From positions 1,655-65,654 of the forward strand of contig CAVEMY010000001.1 of assembly GCA_963617005.1 (NCBI GenBank): a stretch of DNA of 64,000 nucleotides, read 5' to 3'. Both the position numbers and the translations under genes were made by a program. Position 1 is the first letter of the stretch. Every line of letters starts with the position of its first letter. Origin of the DNA: Parabacteroides distasonis (GTDB taxonomy: Bacteria > Pseudomonadota > Gammaproteobacteria > Burkholderiales > Burkholderiaceae_F). Positions 47,480-56,939 of the stretch are shown here, piece by piece. Below the pieces are notes generated by a model. It was not told the origin of the DNA. It was given only the letters and a program-made list of their open reading frames with translations, and ran no database searches.

Positions 47480-49165
47480 GTGAAACACCCTTTGTTCGTC
47501 CGTTTTGTCTCTACCGTATTGGCTGCAGCCTGTTCGGTCGCTTTCGCGCAGACCGAGCCTCAAGCGCCGACCCAAGAGATTGCCCCCGAAGATCCCGTTA
47601 AAGCCGAAACAACAGTTACAGCTCAACCCGTTAAATTGGCTTTTATTCTTCCTCGGAAGAAATCGCGCTTTGATGCTGCCACACAATACGCTCTTGATGG
47701 AGCTCTTGCCGCGAATTATGCCGCAGCCGTTCCCGCAGAAATTCTTCTGATTCGTCCAGGTTCCGACGATAGCGTCGCTAAGCAACTGAAAAGCGCTGCC
47801 GCCGCAGGCGCCTTAGCTGCCATTGGCCCCTTAGATCGCGATGCAATCGAGCAGATTGCACAGATGGACTATCTCCCGCTGCCTGTTGTCACTCTCAATC
47901 AGATCGATCTTGATAAAGAAGTGCCACTGACGGAAGAAGAAATCCAAGAGCTTCGCATGAAAGAAGAGGCTCGCCGCATTGCAGACGACGCCGCGCGTGA
48001 GCTAAACGAAGCAGCACAAGCGCAACAAGATGAAAACGCCCCGACAAATCCCGACCATTTAAGTGAAGGCGAACTTGCTGCCATGCAAGGGGGATCGATT
48101 TCTGTCGATCTAAAGATTCCTGGTCTTGTTCTCGCAAAAGACGTTCCTCCCGAATACGTTCGCCATGAACCACGTCTTTTCCCAAGAGGGCTCTTAATGA
48201 CAAGCCTATCCTTGGAAACAGACGCCAATTACGTTGCTGAACTTGGCATCCAAGCGCTTCCGCGCTTAACGGAAGCAGGCGAGCGTCCCAAGGTTCTTGT
48301 CATTGACCAAGATAAGCCCTTACAAAAAAGAATCTCAGCGGCGTTTTGTAAAACGCTAACCGATTTGGGCTATGCGCCAGACCGCCTCACAGTCGACTTA
48401 AAAGACCTCAATCGCATCTCGCAGCTTTTTGAGCTCGTTATCGAAGACGATGACCCAGAAATTGAGCCTGAGGAACCCATCGATCAAGAAGCAGATCCTG
48501 TTGCCTGGCGTCAGCAACAATTGCGTCAAACGCGAGAGTCTGCTGAAAGACGTGCCTACGCCGCTCTCGCCGAGCCCCCGTATTACGCGGCTTTCTTAGC
48601 GCTTGATGCGCCGACAGCCTCGCAAATTCGGCCGCGCCTACCCTTAAGAACGCGCCTTTGGGGAACCTCGCTACTTTATCCAGGAAACCCTGAGACAGAC
48701 TCCACAGCAAAGGCTCTTACTTTCGACTTAAAGCAAGTCGGCTTTGTGGAATCGCCCTTTATTTTGAATTTCAATGACGAAGCCTTTGACGCAACCTACA
48801 AAGTTGCTCCTCCCGCAAGCCTTGTGGGCAAGCAACTTTTTGCGCTCGGCATTGATGCCTTAACGATAGCCAATGCGGTAGCGCAAGGGCTCACTTCTGG
48901 CGAGTACGAAGGACTCACGGGTTCTTTGCAGTACGACTTGGAAAGTTCGCCTGTTGTGACGCGGCACGGCGCTTGCGCCATGATCGGTAGCGGCTCGATT
49001 CGCACCCTTACGCCTCAAGAACTCATTGATTTCCGTGTGATTCAACCGAGCACCTACAAGGCGTTGAAGAATTCTGAGCATTCAGAAACGCAAAGTGCGC
49101 CAGAAGAAGCGAAAGAAACCAGTAGCCCAACGCCTGAAGTGAAAGAATCCACTACGACAAACTAA
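47480..49165 (+). CDS. lpoA: LpoA-like penicillin-binding protein activator (periplasmic lipoprotein/binding-protein fold)
   Basis: Divergent from rsmI, as E. coli yraL/yraM(lpoA). Has a signal sequence and a type-I periplasmic-binding-protein-like C-terminal half. Contains an acidic insert. Start placed at GTG 47480 to avoid overlap with rsmI (listed ORF starts at 47435). Confidence 0.5.
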   Translation: MKHPLFVRFVSTVLAAACSVAFAQTEPQAPTQEIAPEDPVKAETTVTAQPVKLAFILPRKKSRFDAATQYALDGALAANYAAAVPAEILLIRPGSDDSVAKQLKSAAAAGALAAIGPLDRDAIEQIAQMDYLPLPVVTLNQIDLDKEVPLTEEEIQELRMKEEARRIADDAARELNEAAQAQQDENAPTNPDHLSEGELAAMQGGSISVDLKIPGLVLAKDVPPEYVRHEPRLFPRGLLMTSLSLETDANYVAELGIQALPRLTEAGERPKVLVIDQDKPLQKRISAAFCKTLTDLGYAPDRLTVDLKDLNRISQLFELVIEDDDPEIEPEEPIDQEADPVAWRQQQLRQTRESAERRAYAALAEPPYYAAFLALDAPTASQIRPRLPLRTRLWGTSLLYPGNPETDSTAKALTFDLKQVGFVESPFILNFNDEAFDATYKVAPPASLVGKQLFALGIDALTIANAVAQGLTSGEYEGLTGSLQYDLESSPVVTRHGACAMIGSGSIRTLTPQELIDFRVIQPSTYKALKNSEHSETQSAPEEAKETSSPTPEVKESTTTN

Positions 49166-49177
49166 AGAAGCCGACCG

Positions 49178-51022
49178 ATGCCGATTCTGACGCTTTCGAG
49201 TGCTCTTTTAAGTTGGGGCGATTTACCTGTTCTTGATAACGCTGACCTTGTTTTAGAGGCAGGAGAGCGCGTCGGTCTCATTGGTAGAAACGGCACAGGG
49301 AAAACGTCCTTTTTAAAGGTTCTTTCTCGTCAGACGCCTCTTGACGAAGGAGAACTCAGGACAGTGACGGGACTACACGTCGTCAATGTCCCTCAAGAGC
49401 CGCTTCTTTTCCCTGCTCCCACTCTTCTTGAGAGCCTAGAAAAGCAGCGCGAAAGCTTGGGCACCCTAGACGAAGAAACCCGATTTGCCGAGCGTGCCTT
49501 ACTGCGCTCTTATATGGAAAAGCTTCACGTCTCAGAGAATCTTCATCCAGAAAACACCTCTGGTGGCGAACGTAAACGCGCCGCTCTTGCCCTAGCGTTA
49601 AGTCTCAAACCCGATTTATTGCTTCTTGATGAACCGACGAATCACTTAGATATTGAAACGATTCGCACGCTCGAAGAAATTCTCAAAGAAGAGTTTTCAA
49701 CGAGTCGCTCTCTTGTTGTTGTCACACACGACAGAGCCTTTCTTGATTCGGTTGTCACAAGAATCCTTGAGCTCGATCGTGGGCTCTTACATAGCTACGA
49801 GGGAAACTTTCAGGCCTACGAAAGACACAAAGAAGACGAGCTTCACGCTGAAAACCTCGCGCGCCAACGCTTTGATAAGTTCTGGGCGCAAGAAGAGGTG
49901 TGGATTCGTAAAGGAATCGAAGCGAGAAGAACGCGTAACGAAGGGCGCGTCAGACGCCTTGAAGAGTTACGACGCCAACGCGAGGCAAGACGCGATCGCG
50001 TCGGAGATGTTCGTTTTTCTCTTGACCGCGGCAATCGCAGTGGAAAGATTGTTCTTGAAACCAAAGGGCTTACAAAAAGCTTCGGAGACCGAACTATTGT
50101 CTCGGACCTTGATTTCACACTGATGCGTGGCGATAAGTTGGGGCTTCTTGGGAAAAACGGAACGGGAAAATCAACGCTGATTAAGCTTTTCTTAGGTGAG
50201 TTGGCTCCTGACTCAGGGACTGTGCGCCAAGGAACCAATCTTTCGATTGCTTACTACGATCAGTTGCGTGAAGAACTCGATCCCACAAAGACCGTTGCCG
50301 ACACCATCAGTCCCGGAAGCGACTGGATTGAAATCGCTGGCGTAAGAAAACACGTGATGAGTTACTTAGCGGACTTTCTTTTTGAACCCCGCAAAGCCAA
50401 CGTCTACGTTTCAGCCCTTTCTGGCGGTGAAAGAAATCGCCTTCTCTTAGCGCGTCTTTTTGCACTTCCCGCGAATTTGCTGGTTCTCGATGAACCGACA
50501 AATGATCTAGATATCAACACGCTCGAATTGCTTGAAGAAACGATTGCAAACTACACAGGTACCGTGATTCTCGTAAGTCACGACCGTCGTTTCTTAGATA
50601 ACGTTGTCACACAAACACTGGCACCCGTGAATTACGAAACCCCTGATGGCAAGTGGCGTGAATACGTTGGTGGGTTCGAAGATTGGGTAGCGCAAAAAGA
50701 AAAAGAAATTTCTTTAAAACCAACTCAAGCCAAAGAAGCTCCCCAAGAAAAAGTGAAACGCGTTCGAAACACCACCATGGAGCGCGTTCGCTTAAGCTTT
50801 AAAGAAAAGCGGGAATTAGAGGCGCTCCCTGCGCAAATCGAGGCGCTAGAGGCCGAGCAAGAGGCGCTCACGCAAAAGCTTCTTGGCGTTGACTATCACA
50901 AATTGCCTGTTGAAGAAATCAAAGCCGACAAAGAAAGAATTGAAGCGCTTCCCGCGTTAATTGAAGCCGCTTACGAGCGTTGGGAAGAACTCACCCAAAA
51001 AGAAGCGCTCGCTTCGCGCTAG
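49178..51022 (+). CDS. uup: ABC-F family ATPase (Uup-like)
   Basis: Two ABC cassettes (GRNGTGKTS / GKNGTGKST; SGGERKR / SGGERNR) and a C-terminal coiled-coil. No TM domain. Confidence 0.85.
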   Translation: MPILTLSSALLSWGDLPVLDNADLVLEAGERVGLIGRNGTGKTSFLKVLSRQTPLDEGELRTVTGLHVVNVPQEPLLFPAPTLLESLEKQRESLGTLDEETRFAERALLRSYMEKLHVSENLHPENTSGGERKRAALALALSLKPDLLLLDEPTNHLDIETIRTLEEILKEEFSTSRSLVVVTHDRAFLDSVVTRILELDRGLLHSYEGNFQAYERHKEDELHAENLARQRFDKFWAQEEVWIRKGIEARRTRNEGRVRRLEELRRQREARRDRVGDVRFSLDRGNRSGKIVLETKGLTKSFGDRTIVSDLDFTLMRGDKLGLLGKNGTGKSTLIKLFLGELAPDSGTVRQGTNLSIAYYDQLREELDPTKTVADTISPGSDWIEIAGVRKHVMSYLADFLFEPRKANVYVSALSGGERNRLLLARLFALPANLLVLDEPTNDLDINTLELLEETIANYTGTVILVSHDRRFLDNVVTQTLAPVNYETPDGKWREYVGGFEDWVAQKEKEISLKPTQAKEAPQEKVKRVRNTTMERVRLSFKEKRELEALPAQIEALEAEQEALTQKLLGVDYHKLPVEEIKADKERIEALPALIEAAYERWEELTQKEALASR

Positions 51023-51095
51023 AGCCCATCTAATCAACCCCTTAGACGAAGCCCATTTCTCGCCGTAAAATCCTTGCGATTGGGAACGGCCTTTT

Positions 51096-52544
51096 ATGCA
51101 CTATCCGGTTTTTTTGAAAAATCTTCCTGCCACAGAATCTCTGATGCAGCGCTTAAGAGAGGCGACTTTTTTTAGCCGCAAAGAGGGGCTGTTGCTTGTC
51201 ATACTCTTAAGCATCCCAGCGATCATTGCTCAGCTTGCAAGTGTTCTGATGCACTACATCGATATGGCAATGCTCGGTCACTTAGGTTCTGATGAAGCCG
51301 CTGCCGTGGGCCTTGTTTCAACAACGATTTGGATGTTTTGGGGCATTGGTAGCGCCGGAATCACAGGCTACCACGTGCTTGTTGGGCAGCGCATCGGCGC
51401 ACGAGACGAAAAGGCCGTGAAGTCCCTGATGCGGCAATCTTTGGTTGTCACATTTTTGTGGGGCATGACGCTTGCCATCGCTGGTGTTTTCATTGCCAAA
51501 GAGCTCCCACACTGGTTAGGCGCTACGGGGAAAGTCGCCACACTCGCGACTGAATACTTTCAGATTGTTGTTGCCTCGTGGTCACTTGTTCTCGTGAACT
51601 TTTTAGAAACAGGGATGCTTCGCGTAAGCGGCAACATGAAAGCACCAAGCATCCTTGGCATATCGATGTGCGTCTTGGATGTGTTTTTTAATGCCATCTT
51701 TATCTTTCCCTCGAGAACAACAACGCTCTTAGGCTTTGAAGTCTATTTACCAGGCTTTGGCTGGGGAGTGGCGGGAGCCGCGTGGGCAACGGTACTAGCG
51801 ACGGCTCTTGTTCTTCTTGCAAGCCTTTGGATGGCCTGTGTGAAATCGGAACACCTTGCGATTTTTGGGCGAGAAGGCTCCTTTATTCCACAGTTACTGG
51901 ATTTGAAGAATTCTCTACGAATTGGGCTTCCTGTGAGCGTGCAGCGCATCGTTATGAATGGCGCGCAAATTATTTCGACAATGATTGTTGCCCCCTTGGG
52001 AACCGTCGCTCTTGTCGCACACTCGTTTGCCCTCACTGTCGAGAGCCTTTGCTATATGCCTGGGTTTGGCATTCGTGAGGCGGCAACAACGCTTTGCTCG
52101 CAAACGATTGGCGCAGGGCACGTCTCGCGAGCGCGTGAAGTGGGAGGTCTCACGATTTTTGTCGGCGTTCTTGTGATGAGCTTTATGGGACTACTGATGT
52201 TTTTTGGCGCTGAAGCCATGATGAGAACGATGACGCCTGACGCGGAAGCCGTCAAATTAGGCGCTCAGATTCTTCGCATCGAAGCGTTTGCCGAACCGAT
52301 GTATGCCGCCTCCATTGTCGCCTACGGGTGTTTCCTTGGCGCGGCTGATACACTTATCCCGAGTTTGATGAATCTACTGAGTATGTGGATTGTTCGACTC
52401 CCGCTTGCCTTCTGGCTTGCTCAATCCATGGGGCTTGTGGGCGTTTGGATTGCCATGTGCTTGGAACTCTTCTTTCGAGGAGCCATCTTCCTGGTGCGTT
52501 TTTATCGAGGCACATGGCTTACTCGCGCAAGACGTTCGCATTAG
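51096..52544 (+). CDS. MATE family efflux transporter
   Basis: About 12 TM and a typical MATE N-terminus (IPAIIAQLASVLMHYIDMAMLGHLG). The start codon is uncertain (alternative ATG at 51144). Confidence 0.85.
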   Translation: MHYPVFLKNLPATESLMQRLREATFFSRKEGLLLVILLSIPAIIAQLASVLMHYIDMAMLGHLGSDEAAAVGLVSTTIWMFWGIGSAGITGYHVLVGQRIGARDEKAVKSLMRQSLVVTFLWGMTLAIAGVFIAKELPHWLGATGKVATLATEYFQIVVASWSLVLVNFLETGMLRVSGNMKAPSILGISMCVLDVFFNAIFIFPSRTTTLLGFEVYLPGFGWGVAGAAWATVLATALVLLASLWMACVKSEHLAIFGREGSFIPQLLDLKNSLRIGLPVSVQRIVMNGAQIISTMIVAPLGTVALVAHSFALTVESLCYMPGFGIREAATTLCSQTIGAGHVSRAREVGGLTIFVGVLVMSFMGLLMFFGAEAMMRTMTPDAEAVKLGAQILRIEAFAEPMYAASIVAYGCFLGAADTLIPSLMNLLSMWIVRLPLAFWLAQSMGLVGVWIAMCLELFFRGAIFLVRFYRGTWLTRARRSH

Positions 52545-52566
52545 GGCTTGCACTTAAAGTTTCACT

Positions 52567-53823
52567 GTGGGTGATGCCGTGACAAATCGCGCAAAAATCG
52601 GCTTTATTCTCGCCTGCTTTTTCCTAGATGCCTTAGGTGTCGGGCTGATTGTTCCCGTGTTGCCGCGCTTAATTGGAACACTAAGCGAAACGCGCGATGC
52701 ACAAACGCTCTGGTACGGCGCGATTATGGTGAGCTACGGATTCATGCAATTCTTAAGCTCTCCGGTTCTCGGAAGTCTTTCCGATCGCCTAGGGCGCCGC
52801 CCCGTGCTTCTTACGGGAATCTTTGGCCTTGGGATTACGTTTGCAGTACCTGCGTTTTTCGCGTCACTACCTTTAATTCTTGCAAGCCGCATCATTGGAG
52901 GAGCTCTTTCATCGAATATCTCTGTTGCGCAAGCCTATATCGCTGATATCACAGCTGGGAAAAGACGCGCCATGATGTTCGGAAGACTTGGCGCCGCTTA
53001 CGGCATTGGCTTTGTTGTGGGTCCTGCTCTTGGAGGCATCGCCGGAGAAACTGATCCAACCCTTCCCTTCTTAATTGCTAGCGGCCTATCGCTATGTAAC
53101 TTTCTTTTCGGGTTTTTCTTTTTACCCGAGTCCCTTAGAGAAAAGACACGAGAAGCGATTCAGTTTTCTACCTGCAATGCGTTTCTGACTTTACCTAAAC
53201 TTTTGGAAAAGTCTGAGAGCCGACCATTCTTTTTTATCTTTGCTTTTAATGCGCTCGCGATCTTTCTTTTGCAGTGTACGTGGGCGCTTTACACCGAATT
53301 TCGCTATGGCTTTACGCCCTTAGAAATTGGGCTATCGATTTTTGCGCTTGGCGTTTCGATGTCTTTTATTCAGGGCTACTTTCTTTCCTGGCTACTCACA
53401 TTTTGCAAGGCATCAAAAATTGTCTTTGCCTCTTTAGTTGGGAGCGCTCTTTCTTTGGTGGTAATTGGTCTCACGGATAGCGGCGCCACAGCAACAATCT
53501 TTTGCTGCGCCTACGCCATTGGCGGAACCGTAGGACCCATTCTCACAAGTGTTATTAGCCAAGTAAGTTCCTCTGAGACTCAGGGAAAAAACATCGGAGC
53601 CCTAAATTCGCTATCGGCTTTGATGAGTGCGGTCGCTCCCGTCTTTGGCACAGTTCTTTTAAGCCTTGTGGTTCATAGCGAAAGCTCTATTACCGCTGGA
53701 GCCCCCTACTTTGCAGCCGCTCTTCTCATGCTTTGTGCACTCTATTTCTTTGGTGTTTGGGGATCAAAGAAAATTGACCTCATCGTAAAGCCCGCAAAGC
53801 GTAAATCTCCTAACGAAACGTAA
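52567..53823 (+). CDS. MFS transporter (TCR/Tet-like subfamily)
   Basis: 12 TM and MFS motif A GSLSDRLGRRPVLL. Substrate not inferable. Confidence 0.8.
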   Translation: MGDAVTNRAKIGFILACFFLDALGVGLIVPVLPRLIGTLSETRDAQTLWYGAIMVSYGFMQFLSSPVLGSLSDRLGRRPVLLTGIFGLGITFAVPAFFASLPLILASRIIGGALSSNISVAQAYIADITAGKRRAMMFGRLGAAYGIGFVVGPALGGIAGETDPTLPFLIASGLSLCNFLFGFFFLPESLREKTREAIQFSTCNAFLTLPKLLEKSESRPFFFIFAFNALAIFLLQCTWALYTEFRYGFTPLEIGLSIFALGVSMSFIQGYFLSWLLTFCKASKIVFASLVGSALSLVVIGLTDSGATATIFCCAYAIGGTVGPILTSVISQVSSSETQGKNIGALNSLSALMSAVAPVFGTVLLSLVVHSESSITAGAPYFAAALLMLCALYFFGVWGSKKIDLIVKPAKRKSPNET

Positions 53824-53891
53824 AAAGAAGAAATTTTGCCTTCAAGCGTGGTAGTCTACGGCAATCGATTTTTCCCAAGGATGCTTCCACT

Positions 53892-54839
53892 ATGCTAGCT
53901 CTACGTCGCTACGCTTTTGCGCTTTGCCTTGTCCCTTTTGCTTTGAGTGCTCAAGCAAGCACCTTTTGGGCTGCTCGTGGCGCAACTGAATCCTTAAACG
54001 GCACAACGATTGTGGCCTACATGCGTGACGATCTTGCGGGAGAACAGAACTTTGTCACCATCAATGACGAAGGAAGTATCGCCTTTAAGGGGCTTTTTGT
54101 CGGGACAACTCATCGCTTTGAAGCCGGTCTTAATGCGCGAGGACTTTTTGTCGGACAAATCTCGGCGGCAAGCGTCTCTCGCGATACACGGCTTTCTTTA
54201 TTTCCCAAGCGCTTTAAATCAAATGAGGGCTGGCGCGGTGGCGAATGGCTAATTCGAAACTGCGCTTCCGTTTCTGAGGCGCTTAATAAAACGAATGTCT
54301 TTTCTGGCTACCCAATGATTTATGTCTTAGCCGATAAGCACGAAATTGCGTTTGTCGAGTGTCTCCCGAATGGCCACTTTCACATTCAAAGGACAACTTC
54401 TGGGCTTCTCACGCACACAAATCACTACGTTCTTCCAGAGTCCACAAAATCTAACGGCAAGGTTCCCGCAAGTTCCATTTCTCGCTTAGCTCGTATCGAT
54501 TCCTTGCTTGAAACAGAACTCAAGCCCTTCCGTCTCGAGCAATTTCTTTCGATGACGCAAGACGAACACGCGGGTCCCGACCTAAGTCTTTTCCGTGTCG
54601 GTAGCAAACCGCGCTCTCCGAAGACAACAGGGATTTGGTTGCTGAGCTTTCCGTCAGGCGCTGGAGCCCTTTCTTATTTACGGTACTTGAACGGGGATAC
54701 TTGGGTGAACGCCCGCGAAAGATTCCCAGCGCGAAAGGATGAATCTTCTATTCAAGCTTTAAAGCCAGAAGCCCTCACAACGCCATTGGCAGCTCCTGCT
54801 GAAGGCGTTGAAATACCAGTCGAACCCGTAAAGGAGTAG
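53892..54839 (+). CDS. Secreted C45/Ntn-hydrolase-like protein (acyltransferase/hydrolase family), Ser at the expected nucleophile position
   Basis: Signal peptide ending AQA|S. The mature N-terminus STFWAARG...VAYMRDD resembles the Cys-x-x-F...GRN.D start of Ntn hydrolases. An HTNHY motif typical of the C45 family is present. Assignment is from memory of motifs only. Confidence 0.45.
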   Translation: MLALRRYAFALCLVPFALSAQASTFWAARGATESLNGTTIVAYMRDDLAGEQNFVTINDEGSIAFKGLFVGTTHRFEAGLNARGLFVGQISAASVSRDTRLSLFPKRFKSNEGWRGGEWLIRNCASVSEALNKTNVFSGYPMIYVLADKHEIAFVECLPNGHFHIQRTTSGLLTHTNHYVLPESTKSNGKVPASSISRLARIDSLLETELKPFRLEQFLSMTQDEHAGPDLSLFRVGSKPRSPKTTGIWLLSFPSGAGALSYLRYLNGDTWVNARERFPARKDESSIQALKPEALTTPLAAPAEGVEIPVEPVKE

Positions 54840-54845
54840 GACCTA

Positions 54846-55343
54846 ATGAACGCCTCTCGCTCTTTGTTTCTTTGTGCCTTAAGTCTTGCGCTTGCAGGTT
54901 GCTCAACGCTTTTTAAGGACGCCGTTACGCCGCCTGATGGCGCCTCTATCACGCAAACGTATACCGGAAAAGGCCACCTACAGTTTCAGTGTGCCGTAGA
55001 TAAACACGGCTATTACTGGCGCTTTGTCGCTCCTGATATCGACATTCTTGACGCTACTGGCCAACTCTTTGCCAAGCAGGGCGCTGACTTTGCCTTCTTT
55101 GCCACAGACGGCAGTAACCTTAAATCAAAAATCACCTCTTCACAGGAATCAAGTTCTCGCATTCGAGACGTTCTTTTTGAGACAACGCCAAGAGGAAAAC
55201 AAGACGGCGTTTTATCTAGCATTCATTGGGTTAAGCGAACCGAGGCTCGAGGCGGCGTCCCGCCTGTCGAGGCCTGCAGCAGGAAGACTCTCGGGAATTT
55301 TTGGCGAGAACCCTTTAGCGCGAAGTTCTCTTTTTATCGTTAA
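54846..55343 (+). CDS. DUF3455-like lipoprotein
   Basis: Lipobox LALAG|C. LQFQC...YYWRFVAPD..ILD..G, DGS and RTEARGGVPP..C......FSAKFSFYR match the remembered DUF3455 pattern. Lies 6 bp after the preceding gene. Confidence 0.55.
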   Translation: MNASRSLFLCALSLALAGCSTLFKDAVTPPDGASITQTYTGKGHLQFQCAVDKHGYYWRFVAPDIDILDATGQLFAKQGADFAFFATDGSNLKSKITSSQESSSRIRDVLFETTPRGKQDGVLSSIHWVKRTEARGGVPPVEACSRKTLGNFWREPFSAKFSFYR

Positions 55344-55499
55344 TTCTTAGGCCCTTTTGCGCTCATCACGGCCTCTTACGGTCGAATTGAGTGCCTTTTG
55401 AGCTTACATCGGCGCTCTTTTTCCTGTAAAATTAACAGGTTAAATCCATTTTTTCTTAGAGGTTAACTGACCTTAACTGTTGTCAGGAGGTTCCCTACC

Positions 55500-56510
55500 A
55501 TGGTTGGTGCATCGGTCTTGGGTGTTTTTCTGCAAGGCTTACCGCCGGATCGGCGTGTTGCAATGGCGCGTGTTGCTAGTCTCATTCGCCGTGCTGCACG
55601 TGGCGTACGCGAAAGCAAGCGCTTCGGGCTCGTGTTCTATGAGCTCAACGGTGGACCGCTTTTTGCTCTCGAATCCCGAGACAAATTGCTAACTCTTTTT
55701 GTCGCTGAAAAAGAAGCTGCCGAGCCCTTCTTTAACACCATCGCAGGGTTTGACTCTAAGCATAGTCTCATTAACTTTTCTGACTTAAATCGTCTTCCGC
55801 TTCCCGATATTGAAAAGCTCGTGCGCGCGAGCGTCGTCGCTCGCCGCGAAAGAGGATCGGCGCCAGACCAAAAGGAACTCCTTGAGCTCTGGGGCGTCAA
55901 AGAAGAGGAAGCTGCTGTCGCTCCTCCCGTTGTTCGCATCTCGATGCGTACTGCAGAAGAAGAAGCTGCGGAAGAAGCCGCTCGCGAAGAAGCCGAACGC
56001 CATGCTGCAGCGATGAAAAAAATCTTAAAGCCCACAAAGCCAGAGAAAACGCTCGTCAAAAAGATTGCCGCAGCAAAAGCTGCTGCCAAGGCTCAGGCTA
56101 AGGCCGAAGCCGCCGAACGTCGTGCCGCTGAAAAGGCGGCGACATTGGCCGCTCGTAAGGCTGCGCAAGAAGCCCGCAAAGCGGCTGCTCTTGCCAAAAA
56201 GGAAGCCGCCGCTCGACGCCAAGAAGAAAAGAAAGCCGCTGCTGAGCGCAAGGCTTTAGAAAAGAAACTTAAGGCAGAAAAGAAAGCGGCTGCCAAAGCC
56301 GAAGCAGAAGCGAAGAAAAAGGCGGCTGCACTAGAGAAAGCGGCTAAAGCAAAGCTTGCCGCTAAAGCTAAGCCCGCTACTAAACCTAAGGCAACAAAAG
56401 ATAGCGCCACAAAAAAGACTGAGGCGAAGAAAGCTCCTGCGAAAAAGCCTGTAGCAAAGAAAGAGGTAACGAAGAAAACTACGCCCAAGAAGGCGACAAA
56501 GAAAAAGTAA
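55500..56510 (+). CDS. DUF1801/YdhG-like N-terminal domain fused to a histone H1-like Lys/Ala-rich tail
   Basis: AGGAGG sits 9 nt upstream of the ATG. The N-terminal ~115 aa form a globular domain, followed by an acidic linker and then ~190 aa of AKKA/KAAA repeats ending KKATKKK. Confidence 0.6.
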   Translation: MVGASVLGVFLQGLPPDRRVAMARVASLIRRAARGVRESKRFGLVFYELNGGPLFALESRDKLLTLFVAEKEAAEPFFNTIAGFDSKHSLINFSDLNRLPLPDIEKLVRASVVARRERGSAPDQKELLELWGVKEEEAAVAPPVVRISMRTAEEEAAEEAAREEAERHAAAMKKILKPTKPEKTLVKKIAAAKAAAKAQAKAEAAERRAAEKAATLAARKAAQEARKAAALAKKEAAARRQEEKKAAAERKALEKKLKAEKKAAAKAEAEAKKKAAALEKAAKAKLAAKAKPATKPKATKDSATKKTEAKKAPAKKPVAKKEVTKKTTPKKATKKK

Positions 56511-56551
56511 TTTCTTGAAAAAGACTTCTTAGCGGATTCCTTAAGGCTTCT

Positions 56552-56860
56552 TTAGGAATCCGTTTTCTTTTCTGTCGCTTGCGTTTTAAGCGCATCCTCG
56601 TATTGACTCGTTAGCCCGTTAATGAGACGAATAAATTCGTCTTTGACGCGAGATTCTGAGCACCCCATCAGTACAGCATCGTCTAACGCTTCTTGGAGCG
56701 TTGTACGGATTTCATTCCAGTTTTCCTCAAGCACTTTGACTTTCTCTGTGCAGGCGACAACCGTATCGTCGCTACGAAGCCAGTGCTTGGGTGGTGCAAG
56801 GGGTTTTACTTTGGGCATAGCGCTTTTTATTGAAACAATCTTTTGCGCATCATACGACAT
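56552..56860 (-). CDS. Hypothetical protein (102 aa)
   Basis: The only long ORF in the gap, divergent from patZ. No recognised motif. Confidence 0.35.
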   Translation of the reverse strand: MSYDAQKIVSIKSAMPKVKPLAPPKHWLRSDDTVVACTEKVKVLEENWNEIRTTLQEALDDAVLMGCSESRVKDEFIRLINGLTSQYEDALKTQATEKKTDS

Positions 56861-56939
56861 TTGGGTTAAGTATCGAAATTCGCCTGCGTCTGCTCTAAAC
56901 TTAAGGGTTCTCGTATATGGCTAAAAATACGTTTTTGCA

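Noticed and set aside
52567-53823. Calling the TCR/Tet-like MFS pump a tetracycline-resistance determinant
   Set aside because: Only generic MFS motif A is visible. Chromosomal Tet-like MFS paralogues are common, and resistance cannot be inferred from sequence inspection alone.
55637-56488. Long antisense ORFs (150 aa and 131 aa, plus several ~65 aa) opposite the Lys/Ala-rich gene
   Set aside because: They are mirror-image low-complexity artefacts of the GCN/AAR repeat, producing Ala/Phe/Ser-rich nonsense. The sense-strand ORF has a strong SD and a structured N-terminal domain.
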